A stretch of DNA of 64,000 bases from Candidatus Latescibacterota bacterium (GCA_965221775.1 CBDCSU010000006.1:576001-640000), one strand, 5' to 3'. Counted from the stretch's first letter, positions 30,882 through 39,924 are shown. Numbers and translations are program-made. The notes: generated by a model not told the origin, from the sequence alone.

Positions 30882-32138
30882 TCAGCCCCCGCCGGGGTTC
30901 CGGCTCGAGGCGAGTCGGCCCAGGACGTCCTGCGCCTCCGAGAGCAGCGGCGTCAGCCCGAAGTCGGGGCTCGCTTCCTGACCCACACCGCCCAGGGCCT
31001 GTGCGAAGAGGCCGCACACATCGTCGTCCGGCGCCTTGATCCCGCGGGCCGCGGTCCCCCGCCATTCGAGAAACAGCTCGTCGAGCTGCGGCTCCTCGTC
31101 GCCTTCGCGGTCCGGGTCGATGGGCTTCACCGGCTGCCTGGTGATCGTGTTGATCAGCTCGAAGACGGCGCAGTCGGGCGACCACTCGGCCAGGCGGTCG
31201 GCCAGATCCAGGATCGGATCGTCGGAGATGACCCGCGCCTTCAGGATGCAGCCGTCGAGCCCCCCGCCCTCGGCGCGGCCCTGCAGGTCGGCCAGCGTAC
31301 CGGCGACCTCGGTGAGGGGCCGGCCGGCGGGCAGGTCGCGGGTCTCGACCCGGACGTCATCCCCGATCGTCACCAGCACCGCCTGCTTGGTGCGCTCGCG
31401 CTCGCCGAAGTCGAGGGGGATCAGGGAGCCGGCGTACCGTCCCTGCGCGGTCCCGCCCGGCAGCAGTTGCGGGTCGTGGATGTGGCCGAAGGCGCAGTAC
31501 GACGCCCGGTGCAGACCTTCCACGTGAGCGGCGTAGTCCTCTCCCACGGTGATCCGCCGTTCCGACTTCCCCGGCCGGGCGCCCTGCAGGTGCAGGTGCG
31601 CGGCGTAGAGGACGATGCCCCCGGGGCCGGCGTCTTGGCGCGCCTCGTCGAGGAGGCCCCGGTTGAGGGCCTGGATGCCGTCGGCGTAGTCGCCCTCGAA
31701 GCGGGAGGGATCACCCGACGCGAAGTCGGCGATGGCGCTGGGCGGGATGAAGGGCACGCAGGCCACGCTGACCGGAAGGTCCACCAGGCCGGGGAAGGAG
31801 AGGACCTCGGGGCTCGTCACCAGCCACAGCCGGCGCGGGTCCGCGGCGGCGGCCAGGTCGTCGATGACATGCAGGAGCATGGGCGAGTCGTGATTGCCGG
31901 CGATCACCACGGTCGGCGCGACCCGGGCCAGACGCCCCAGGGCGGTGACTCCGAGCCTCAGTGTCTCGTGCGGGGGACGGGAGGAGTCGAAGAGGTCGCC
32001 CGTGTGCAGGATGAGGTCGGGCGCCTCGGACTCGGCCACCTCCAGCAGCCCCCGGAGCGCCTCCAGGTGATCCGGCGTGCGGTCGTGCCGGCCGAGCTTC
32101 GCCCCCAGGTGCCAGTCGGAGGTATGGAGCAGCTTCAC
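30882..32138 (-). CDS. sbcD: SbcD/Mre11-like nuclease
   Basis: HTSDWHLG, GDLFD, GNHD, GHIH, YAGS..PLDFGE. Confidence 0.93.
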   Translation of the reverse strand: MKLLHTSDWHLGAKLGRHDRTPDHLEALRGLLEVAESEAPDLILHTGDLFDSSRPPHETLRLGVTALGRLARVAPTVVIAGNHDSPMLLHVIDDLAAAADPRRLWLVTSPEVLSFPGLVDLPVSVACVPFIPPSAIADFASGDPSRFEGDYADGIQALNRGLLDEARQDAGPGGIVLYAAHLHLQGARPGKSERRITVGEDYAAHVEGLHRASYCAFGHIHDPQLLPGGTAQGRYAGSLIPLDFGERERTKQAVLVTIGDDVRVETRDLPAGRPLTEVAGTLADLQGRAEGGGLDGCILKARVISDDPILDLADRLAEWSPDCAVFELINTITRQPVKPIDPDREGDEEPQLDELFLEWRGTAARGIKAPDDDVCGLFAQALGGVGQEASPDFGLTPLLSEAQDVLGRLASSRNPGGG

Positions 32139-33958
32139 AGGTCCCGTTCCGGACCTGCCAGGGCGTCCAGGTTGTTGCGGATTCCTTCGGTCTGCTGCCG
32201 GTCCGCGGCCTCGTCCGCCGCCGCCTCGTCGGGATTGGTGGCGAAGGGCGGGAAGGGGAAGCGGATGGGAATGGGCTCGGGCACGATCGGCTGGGAGGCG
32301 ACCATGGTGCCCGGCATGAAGCGGGTGGCGCGCTCGCGCAGGGCCGGGGTGAGGAAGCGGTAGGTCTCCGACTCGCTGGCATCCAGCCGTCCCGCCACCT
32401 TCAGCGACGCGTTGCGCGGCAGCGGCTGGGCCACGGCGGAAGCCGCCTGCTGGGCGCCGATGAGCAGCACCCCGAGGGATCGGCCGCGTTCGGCGATGTC
32501 CACCAGCAGGTCCCTGAGCGGCGAGAACCCCTGGGCCGGCGCGTACTTGTTCAGCTCGTCGAGCACGACGAAGCGCAAGGGCAGGCGGCCGCTCCCCTGC
32601 TTGTCGCGCCAGATGCGGTCGAGGAGAGCGCCCACGACGAAGCGCTGGGCGTCGTCGTGGAGGCGCGAGATGTCCACCACGTGGAGGCGGGCGTTCTCCA
32701 GGGACAGCGGCTCCAGGCCGCAGCCGACGAGGGGTCCGAGGTGGCGGCGCAGGCGCAGCAGCCGGCGCAGGAAGGCCTGCCGGGTACCGCTCTGGGTGCG
32801 CCCGAACCAGGCGTCGACCGAGGCCTCGTCCTCCTCGGCGGCGGCCTGGTCCAGCAGGTCGATCAGGTCGCCGAACTGGCGGATCACGTCTCCGTCGCCG
32901 GCGGTCGCCTCCTCCGGCTCGCGCTCCGCCAGGCGGTCGGGGTTGTAGCTGGTGTCGGCGGGAATCCTATGGGCGATCACCACCGCGCCCGTGGAATCGC
33001 CCGCCAGTCGGCGCAGCCGGCGCAGGAGCTGGATGCGCACCTGCTGCTCCACGAAGCCGACCTGCGTCGCCCGCTCGTCTTCCGAGGTGAAGCAGAACTG
33101 GAGCAGCTGATCGCGGATGAACCGCTCCGGCGTCCAGCCGTAGGCCTCCACGTCGCCGGTGGCGCGGGAGTGCACCTCCGGCGTGAGATGGTCGCCCCTG
33201 GCGGTCCCCCGCGGCGCGTAGAGCCGCACCGAGCGGAAGGGTCCGGGGTCGGCCACGCCCAGCGCCTGCCACGATTCGTGCTGATCCGGCCTGCCGGCGA
33301 ACTCGCTGTTGGCGCGGTCCAGGTGGAGCAGGTCCTCGCCCTTGGTGTTGAAGACCAGGGCCCGCACCCCGTCCCGTTCGGCGCGGCCCCCGAGCAGTTC
33401 CATGCCCCCATCCGTTTCCAGCAGTTGGTAGAGGAGGAACAGGGCGTAGGAGGTCTTGGTGGCCACCCCCGAGATTCCCGAGATCGAGACGTGGCCGCCG
33501 GAACGCCCGTCCACGAAGCGCATGTCGGCGTACACGGGGGAGCCGCCCATGTCCAGCCCCAGGGGCAGCTTGCCGCGGGTCATCTCGTCCTCGAAGAGGG
33601 CGAAGACCCGGTGCTCGCCGGTGGCGGGGGTCACCACCGCCCCGGCGTGGGGCGCCAGGAACAGCTCCGGCCGCACGCGCAGGACGCGCACCTGGGCGCG
33701 GCGGACCAGCTCGGCCGGCAGGGTCCGGTCGATGACGCGGCCCGTGTCGGAGGGCAGGTCCGCCCCCTCGAAGCGGGAGAGCAGCTCGGTGACGATGCCG
33801 TAGTGGATCACCTCTCGACCGTCGGGGAGCGCCGTGGTCACGGTGATCAGCTCGTCGAGCTGGATCACCACCTCCTCGTCCAGCACCACGTGAAAGGTCC
33901 GGGAGTCGCTGTCCACCGATCCATCGACCAGCCCGATGCGCGCCGGTCCGCCGCTCAT
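32135..33958 (-). CDS. herA: HerA-like ATPase/DNA translocase
   Basis: N-terminal HAS-barrel-like region, variant Walker A SISGISGVATKTS, IFNTKG-type motif VFNTKGEDL, Walker B VVLDELNKY, LIGAQQ; ATGA overlap with upstream gene. Confidence 0.82.
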   Translation of the reverse strand: MSGGPARIGLVDGSVDSDSRTFHVVLDEEVVIQLDELITVTTALPDGREVIHYGIVTELLSRFEGADLPSDTGRVIDRTLPAELVRRAQVRVLRVRPELFLAPHAGAVVTPATGEHRVFALFEDEMTRGKLPLGLDMGGSPVYADMRFVDGRSGGHVSISGISGVATKTSYALFLLYQLLETDGGMELLGGRAERDGVRALVFNTKGEDLLHLDRANSEFAGRPDQHESWQALGVADPGPFRSVRLYAPRGTARGDHLTPEVHSRATGDVEAYGWTPERFIRDQLLQFCFTSEDERATQVGFVEQQVRIQLLRRLRRLAGDSTGAVVIAHRIPADTSYNPDRLAEREPEEATAGDGDVIRQFGDLIDLLDQAAAEEDEASVDAWFGRTQSGTRQAFLRRLLRLRRHLGPLVGCGLEPLSLENARLHVVDISRLHDDAQRFVVGALLDRIWRDKQGSGRLPLRFVVLDELNKYAPAQGFSPLRDLLVDIAERGRSLGVLLIGAQQAASAVAQPLPRNASLKVAGRLDASESETYRFLTPALRERATRFMPGTMVASQPIVPEPIPIRFPFPPFATNPDEAAADEAADRQQTEGIRNNLDALAGPERDL

Positions 33959-34938
33959 GCCGCGCTCCCCGGGGTCGAGGCCGAACGGTTGAGCTGCAGG
34001 ACCGCGGCCCTCACCGCGCGCAGGGCCAGGCGCGGGTCCCCCTGCAGGTGATGGAGATGGCGCTCCAGGCCGGCCACCGGGGTCATGTTCACCGGGGCGC
34101 GCACGTCGCGGTGCGGGGCGGATGCGAAGGCCGGCAGCCAGCTCGCCGCGGCCTCGGCGGTCTCCACGGCCAACCCCAGGCCGACGCCGGCGGGCACCTC
34201 GAGCCTGACGATCCCGGCCCACGGACCCGCCCACGGCGATGGCCGGCCGACCCGCAGATAGCAGCCGTAGAGGTCCTCCCCCATGGCGAACAGGCCGGAG
34301 CGCTCGCCGGAGGAGAGGCTCGGCACCTCGTTCCAAGCCTCGGGGGCCAGCATCGGCCGGTGATGGGTCTTGACGTAGCCGATGACCGGCAGGGTGCGGG
34401 TGCGGCGGATGTTGTGCAGGGGCCCGTCGATCACGGTGAGCCACCCCGTCTCCGAGAGCCCCTCGGCGATGTCGGCCTCGGTATCGCGCATCCTTCGTCT
34501 CAGGCGGTCGCGGGCGGCTTCCAGCTCGGTGCCGGTGATCGAGTCCGCCTCCCAGGACCATCCCCCGGCCTGCGGCGGGAGCTCGACGCGCTCGCCCGCG
34601 GTGAAGATCGCGGCCCTCCCCACGGTGATCTGGTCGAAGTGCAGGGGCTGCTGTCCATCGACCCGCACCGCACCCGCTCCCCAGCTTCCCGCCAGTCCGG
34701 CTACCGTCCCCTGCCCGCCGGTGAGGGTGAGGCCCGCCTCGACGCGCATCGTGCCGTCGACGAAGGCCAGCCTCCGGGGACGCTGCGCGGCTGCGGGCGA
34801 ATGGACGCGGAAGGCCCCGTCATCCTCGACCAGCTCGCAGGTTAGCGCCTCGGGGGCATCGGCGGGGACCTGGAAGCCGGCGCCGAAACCGGCCTCGAAA
34901 GGTTCCACGCCGATGGTGGTGCGGACCGGCTCCCTCAC
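33955..34938 (-). CDS. nurA: NurA-like nuclease
   Basis: LAFVDG, TVIDGPL, IGYVKTH, RAPVN..PV.GLE; directly upstream of herA-sbcD-sbcC. Confidence 0.75.
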   Translation of the reverse strand: MREPVRTTIGVEPFEAGFGAGFQVPADAPEALTCELVEDDGAFRVHSPAAAQRPRRLAFVDGTMRVEAGLTLTGGQGTVAGLAGSWGAGAVRVDGQQPLHFDQITVGRAAIFTAGERVELPPQAGGWSWEADSITGTELEAARDRLRRRMRDTEADIAEGLSETGWLTVIDGPLHNIRRTRTLPVIGYVKTHHRPMLAPEAWNEVPSLSSGERSGLFAMGEDLYGCYLRVGRPSPWAGPWAGIVRLEVPAGVGLGLAVETAEAAASWLPAFASAPHRDVRAPVNMTPVAGLERHLHHLQGDPRLALRAVRAAVLQLNRSASTPGSAA

Positions 34939-36104
34939 GCCGCCGTCTGGAACGGCTGCCAGTCCTCTCCCGCCGCCGCCGCCTGGCGCTCCAGCTCGCT
35001 GCGCCAGCCGACGACCTCGCCGGACTTGATGCGCTTGATGTCGTAGCCGGCGTAGCGGTCCTCCAGGGTGTCGCCCAGCCTCTGGGTCTCGGCCCAGCGG
35101 TCCCAGGCGGTCTTCATCCACTCGTGGGGCAGGGCCTCGCGCACGGCGGGGTCGAGCTGCCAGGCGCTGCGGGCGTCGGCCACGGTCGGCTCGCCGGTGG
35201 GGGGGCCGCCCCACTTCGTCCAGCCGATGGAGAGGGTGTTGCGCTCGCGGTCGGGGACGCAGTGGCCGGTGTGGATGGTGGCGCCGTTGCGGATCAGGGC
35301 CTCGCCGGCCTTGAGGCGGATGGCGGTCTGCCCCGGCAGGGGGTCCTCGCCGTTCCAGCTGGGGGTGTGGGGGACCCCCTTCTCCTTCATCGCCTTGGGC
35401 AGCAGCACGTCGTGCTCCAGGGGGGTGCGCCAGCGGTCGTGGGATCCCGGGATCAGCTCGTGGCACTCGTCGTCGGTCAGGGCCAGGAACATGCTCACCC
35501 CGCTGCGCTCGGTGATCGACTTGGCGTTGCTCTCCTGGATCTCCTTCCAGCGCCTGCGCTCCACCTCCTCGGAATACGCCTCGGGGCCCTCCGGCTCCTC
35601 GCCGCCCTGGGCGCGGTAGGGCTTGCCGGTGCCCCACCAGGTCGTGTCCCGGTGCCAGCCGAGCTTGTTCTCGCGCTTGCGGGGGTTGCACCACAGCAGC
35701 AGGCCGCCGAGGACCAGGTCCTCGCGCTGCAGCCCGCCGCACCAGGACTCGATGAAGGCCAGGAAGTCGTCGGAGCCGTGGAAGGCGGCGAAGTCCGGCT
35801 CCCCGAAGGCGGGGTGGACGAGGCCGCGGATCGCCCACGGCTCGTCCTCGGCGGCGCGGTGCACGTAGCCCCGGGAGCAGTCGATGCGGTCGTAGCCGTT
35901 CTCCGGGGCGCAGGCCTGGGTGATCCGGCGTCCGGCCTCGCGCAGGACGGGGATCCACGGGTTGTCGACGAAGTCGGTAATGATCACGAAGCCGTGCTCC
36001 CGGAGGTGCTCCAGCCGCTCCGGCGTGCCGCCCGGGGCGGCGAGCTCGGGCTTGGAGTCGGCGAAGGCGGGGGCGCGGTAGGTGGATGGCGAGTCGGCGG
36101 TCAT
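34935..36104 (-). CDS. Phytanoyl-CoA dioxygenase (PhyH)-family Fe/2OG enzyme
   Basis: LREHGFV, WHRD, LIPGSH, LKAGEAL.....IHTG; start ATG 36104. Confidence 0.8.
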   Translation of the reverse strand: MTADSPSTYRAPAFADSKPELAAPGGTPERLEHLREHGFVIITDFVDNPWIPVLREAGRRITQACAPENGYDRIDCSRGYVHRAAEDEPWAIRGLVHPAFGEPDFAAFHGSDDFLAFIESWCGGLQREDLVLGGLLLWCNPRKRENKLGWHRDTTWWGTGKPYRAQGGEEPEGPEAYSEEVERRRWKEIQESNAKSITERSGVSMFLALTDDECHELIPGSHDRWRTPLEHDVLLPKAMKEKGVPHTPSWNGEDPLPGQTAIRLKAGEALIRNGATIHTGHCVPDRERNTLSIGWTKWGGPPTGEPTVADARSAWQLDPAVREALPHEWMKTAWDRWAETQRLGDTLEDRYAGYDIKRIKSGEVVGWRSELERQAAAAGEDWQPFQTAA

Positions 36105-36234
36105 TTGCTTCCCTTTCCCCGAGAAGATGGGCGCTGCGTCGAACCGGCGTCGAAGGTATACGGCTGATGGTACCGAATCCACCGGAAGGCAGGCTCCGGC
36201 CAGTGTCGGCCGGCGCCTGGATGGGAAGAGTGTC

Positions 36235-36681
36235 TCACATATCGGCACGTAGGGGAAGCAGGATCTCATTCTCGATCCGAACCTCCAGAGCGCGCACGAC
36301 CTGGCATAGTCGCTGGTAGCTGGCGGAGGCGTAGCGTTCCGCCTCATACCGTTGGATCTGCTGCTCCTTGAGTTCCAGGCGTTGGGCAAGCGCCCGCTGG
36401 CTCAGTCCTGCCGCAATCCTGGCCTTGATCAGGCCGTCCGCAAGCTCTTCGAAGGAGGCTACCGAAATGACCGACATGTGGGCCGACTTGAGTTGCTCGT
36501 ACTCATCGAGCTCTTTCCGCAGGTCCGCCAGTTGGCTCTCCATGGCCTCCCGCTCGGCCTGCAGCAGCCTCGCGTGCACATCGTTACGTTCGTCCGCCAT
36601 GGCGTCGAACTCTTCGATCGCACGGGCAAAGCCGAGCGCCTTCTTTCGCGTGATCCGGTACTGTCTCTCGTTGGTGATCAT
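36235..36681 (-). CDS. XRE-family HTH protein (antitoxin-like)
   Basis: MITNERQY N-terminus; LIKARIAAGLSQRALA..L.LKEQQIQRYE. Confidence 0.85.
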   Translation of the reverse strand: MITNERQYRITRKKALGFARAIEEFDAMADERNDVHARLLQAEREAMESQLADLRKELDEYEQLKSAHMSVISVASFEELADGLIKARIAAGLSQRALAQRLELKEQQIQRYEAERYASASYQRLCQVVRALEVRIENEILLPLRADM

Positions 36682-36859
36682 GGCACGCTCCCCAAATCGA
36701 TCAGCCGGCCGCTGCCACGTTGCGGCACGCAGCTAGCAAACCTTCCATCAGTCGCGCTCCGTGGCAGTTGCCGGCGAAGCGACCGGCGACATCGTGCCAT
36801 CCGGCAACGTGGACGCCTGGCAGGAGGTAGCCAGTCTCGGGGTCAGGCTCAAGCATCAT
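36678..36859 (-). pseudogene. Internally deleted DUF6932-like (nucleotidyltransferase-type toxin) gene
   Basis: N-terminus G.LLPGVH...W.D...RF.GN...RLMEGL..A..N...AG is joined out of frame to a C-terminal LIDLGSVP* that overlaps the HTH start (ATGA). Confidence 0.65.
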
Positions 36860-36879
36860 GAACACAACATTATCATTGT

Positions 36880-37266
36880 GTTGATCGGTGCCAACCCCCC
36901 AAAGCGGCCGCGCCCTCGTCCTGAGCCACCTTCCGTACCGCGTCATCGGCCTGGAGGTGAGCACCGGGCGGCCGGCGGGCACCGCCTGGCGCCCCGGCGA
37001 GAGCGTGGAGGTTTCCTCGCCGTGGTCATCTCCGAGGCGATCCTCAGCCCGGCCGGCGAAGCACGTGATCCGCGTCGACGTGACCGATCCCGCCGGGGAG
37101 GAGGCCGGCGCCCACGGCGGGAAACTTCGACGCCCCCGGGGGCGACCTGGAGTTGCGCCTGCCCCTGGCCCTCAACGCGCCGGAGGGTGCCTGGACCCTG
37201 CGGGTGCGGGACGTGGGCTCGGGCGTGACCGCCGTCCGGCGTTTCGAGGTTGTGCCGGCGGAGTAG
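36880..37266 (+). pseudogene. Frameshifted C-terminal remnant of a large protein (Ig-like domain)
   Basis: LSHLPYRV..L, HVIRVDVTDPAG, LPLALNAPEG.WTLRVRDV.SG in three frames; no N-terminus. Confidence 0.55.
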
Positions 37267-37641
37267 ACTGCGCCATCCACGGAGGATGCGATGGATCCCG
37301 AGAAGCGTCCGCTGGGACGCGTACCGGAAGAGGAGCCCCTCACCAGATCCTCGCCGGGCAATCTGGAACCCGGTCTCCACCAGGCCTGAACCCCCGAGGA
37401 CCGACTCCCCGTGCGGTGAGTGGGGCTCGCCGGTACTCGCGGTCTTCTGACCCTGGTGGCCTCCGGTATCGAGCTTCGGGGCGGAGTGAGCGGCATCCAG
37501 AGGAACCACGGCGCCAGACTCTACGCACCCTCTCCCTTGCGGTACTACGTGAGCCACCGTATACTCCTGTGTGTTTCAGTTGTACATATCCCTACCGCGT
37601 GCTACTGCCGGCCCTGGTGACCGATGCGAGAGGTGAAATTG

Positions 37642-38067
37642 ATGGCGGACGAGCAGCAGGACGACCTCAAGGAGGAAGCGAGCCTGTCGTTTCGGGCGAA
37701 CGCTGCGGATCTAGCCTCAATGCTGGCCATCGGTGAGCACATCACCGATTTGACGCGGAACATCGACCCCGATTGCTCCGTGACAGGCACGACCTCTCGC
37801 GCCGGGATCATCAGGTACGCCATCCGACAGGTTGGTCATCTGGTTCAGACACCGGCCGGACGGCGTGTGTTAACCTACGCCGGGCGCAAGGAGCTTCGGA
37901 TGTATCGCCGCGCACAGAGCGCCTTCGCCGGCTCGTGGCATTGGGTTGAGACCTGCTCTGGGTGGCCTAGGACGAACTTCCTTGAGCAACTTGAGCGGCC
38001 CCCGGGGGAAGCTCTTTGCCCTACGTGCAGACAACTAGAAGCGAACGAAACAGAGAACCTAGGTTAG
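37642..38067 (+). CDS. Hypothetical protein: RHH-like N-terminal region + small His/Cys zinc-finger-like domain
   Basis: gaggtg RBS; LSFR...SRAGIIRYAIRQ; YRR...WHW..TC..WP...LCPTC; ends 20 nt before the Ubl gene. Confidence 0.55.
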   Translation: MADEQQDDLKEEASLSFRANAADLASMLAIGEHITDLTRNIDPDCSVTGTTSRAGIIRYAIRQVGHLVQTPAGRRVLTYAGRKELRMYRRAQSAFAGSWHWVETCSGWPRTNFLEQLERPPGEALCPTCRQLEANETENLG

Positions 38068-38087
38068 ACAACGAGGAGGAGTGCACC

Positions 38088-38381
38088 ATGGCCCTAGAAC
38101 CTGGAAACGCCGATGGACCCATCGGACCGACGGGGATCGTCAAGGAGCTAACCATTTACATCAATGCCCGGTCGGTGCTCTGGGACAAGCCGACCATTAG
38201 CTTTACGCAAGTGGTCGAGCAGTGGAACCAGCTCGATCCGGAACGATACGTAATCGGTGATCTGCCTGGCATCAACTGGACGGCGATGGACGGAACAAAG
38301 GGTATTTTCTATCCGTCGGATGAACCAATGGCCGTCGTTGATGAACTAGCGTTCAAGATCGACGACTCGTATCTCGCATAG
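38088..38381 (+). CDS. Ubiquitin-like protein (single Multi_ubiq-type beta-grasp domain)
   Basis: gaggagg RBS; LTIYINAR...WDKPTISF.QVV...KG...P.....V.D...F.I pattern; adjacent to a ThiF gene. Confidence 0.72.
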   Translation: MALEPGNADGPIGPTGIVKELTIYINARSVLWDKPTISFTQVVEQWNQLDPERYVIGDLPGINWTAMDGTKGIFYPSDEPMAVVDELAFKIDDSYLA

Positions 38382-38390
38382 GGGAAGCGT

Positions 38391-39527
38391 GTGTCTGAGC
38401 ATGAATCACTGGCTCGCCGCGAAGCGGAGCGACGGGGGTGGATAATTGAACGCCGAGACCTAGAAATAGGTGCAGTAGGGGTACCCTGTTTTGTCACACC
38501 CAATACGGCAGGCAGGTGTCACATCTGGGTAGGCATCGGCCCAAACTCAGACGAGCTCACAGCAAACCACGACTGGCAGCAAAATGCTCCGCACACGGCC
38601 GATGTGCGAGGCTTATCACATGGTCGATTGTACGACCGCTCCGGCAACGAGTTGACAAACGGCGTGATTGGGCGAGCTCAAACCAGCCTTGTTCTTTCGA
38701 TCAAGCTTAAAGGCCGTGAGTATGAGGACGCTTGGGAAGCCCTGAACAACTATGTCAAGCAGATCTACGCCCTGTTCCTCGGCCGATCCGCATCGAGAGA
38801 AGAAGCAGCTCCTCGCCCCTATGCGTTCGATGTGCTCGGTGACCAACTGCCAGAAGCGGTGGATTGGAGGGGTCTAGTAGCACAAGAGGGCGTGACGATT
38901 GTCGGACTCGGTGGCGTCGGCGCATGGATAGCAGACCTTGTTCTCAAGGCCGATCCTCGAGAAGTTCACGGCTGGGACTACGACTGCATCGAACCCAAGA
39001 ACATACTACGCATGCCCGGTGGACTTGATCCGAGCGCCTGGATTGGGAGACCCAAGGCCGACTGGTTCCAGGAGACCTACTCCCTCATCCACACAAATGT
39101 ACATGGCCACAATGTAAAGGTGCTCCCTGGAAACGTGCAGGAGGTCATTGCAGGAACCACTTTCGCCTTCGTAGCCGTGGACGACGCTCACGACCGGATG
39201 ATGGTGTGTGACGCGCTGGCCAGCGCTGGAGTCCCCTTCGTGGTGGTAGGACTTTCACCCGTACGCAAGGACAAGCGAGTCAGAGTTTCCATGCGGACGG
39301 TAACAGCCCATGTCGGCACGTCCTCTTGGAGGAATGCTATCCCTCAGGTTGGCCAAGCAGGACAGGACGACTACGGAAGTCTTGACTTGCCCGACGTCTA
39401 CGCAATGGCTGCGGGCTGGGCAATTCAGTCCTGGCGCAAGATGCGCGGCCAATTCTGGCAGGAGCAAAGGGAGGAATGCCTCGACTATAGTGCTAGTGAC
39501 CAGTCTCTCATAGTGAGAGGGGTCTAA
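38391..39527 (+). CDS. E2-like (DUF6791-like) + ThiF/E1 adenylyltransferase fusion
   Basis: IVGLGGVGAWI.D, D.D.IE.KN..R.PG, KAD, FAFVAVD, DDY...W.KM.G tail; ~160-aa N-terminal extension. Confidence 0.8.
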   Translation: MSEHESLARREAERRGWIIERRDLEIGAVGVPCFVTPNTAGRCHIWVGIGPNSDELTANHDWQQNAPHTADVRGLSHGRLYDRSGNELTNGVIGRAQTSLVLSIKLKGREYEDAWEALNNYVKQIYALFLGRSASREEAAPRPYAFDVLGDQLPEAVDWRGLVAQEGVTIVGLGGVGAWIADLVLKADPREVHGWDYDCIEPKNILRMPGGLDPSAWIGRPKADWFQETYSLIHTNVHGHNVKVLPGNVQEVIAGTTFAFVAVDDAHDRMMVCDALASAGVPFVVVGLSPVRKDKRVRVSMRTVTAHVGTSSWRNAIPQVGQAGQDDYGSLDLPDVYAMAAGWAIQSWRKMRGQFWQEQREECLDYSASDQSLIVRGV

Positions 39528-39528
39528 G

Positions 39529-39924
39529 ATGCACTTCTGGAAGTGGATGAAGCGGGGGACACGAAATACCCAACCCCACCATGCTGTGAGGAACCGAGAG
39601 TCAATGGTATTGAAGCCAATGTTTGTTGAGACAATCCCGCACCTACCCGAAATGGAGAGAGGTACACTCTACGTCAGCATGCGCTTCGCTACCCTCTCCC
39701 ATCTGTGTCCCTGCGGGTGTGGTCGTTTGGTCGACGTGACGCTGAACCCTGAGACCCGTAGTTTGATCTACGATGGTGAGTATCTAACTCTAAGACCTTC
39801 GATCGGGGTCAAGTTCCCATGCAGAAGCCACTACTCGATCATTCGGAATGCGATCATGTGGCACCCGCGGATCTCCAAGTGCGAGAGCAGGTGGTACGAC
39901 CGCTTTAGGAAGAGATGGGCCTAA
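39529..39924 (+). CDS. DUF6527-family metal-binding protein
   Basis: FVE.IP...E.G.LYVS, HLCPCGCG, YDGE.LTL.PSIG, CRSHY.I..N. Confidence 0.82.
   Translation: MHFWKWMKRGTRNTQPHHAVRNRESMVLKPMFVETIPHLPEMERGTLYVSMRFATLSHLCPCGCGRLVDVTLNPETRSLIYDGEYLTLRPSIGVKFPCRSHYSIIRNAIMWHPRISKCESRWYDRFRKRWA

Noticed and set aside
33959-35958. Long N-terminal extensions of the herA (to 34561) and nurA (to 35958) ORFs suggesting fusions
   Set aside because: The extensions overlap upstream genes in another frame; ATGA/GTGA overlaps mark the real starts at 33958 and 34938
37270-37520. Possible structured RNA or cobalamin riboswitch (short hairpins, tcagaagacc on the minus strand)
   Set aside because: Core B12-box and GGGAA elements not found in the right order and no suitable downstream gene; an Rfam/Infernal scan would settle it
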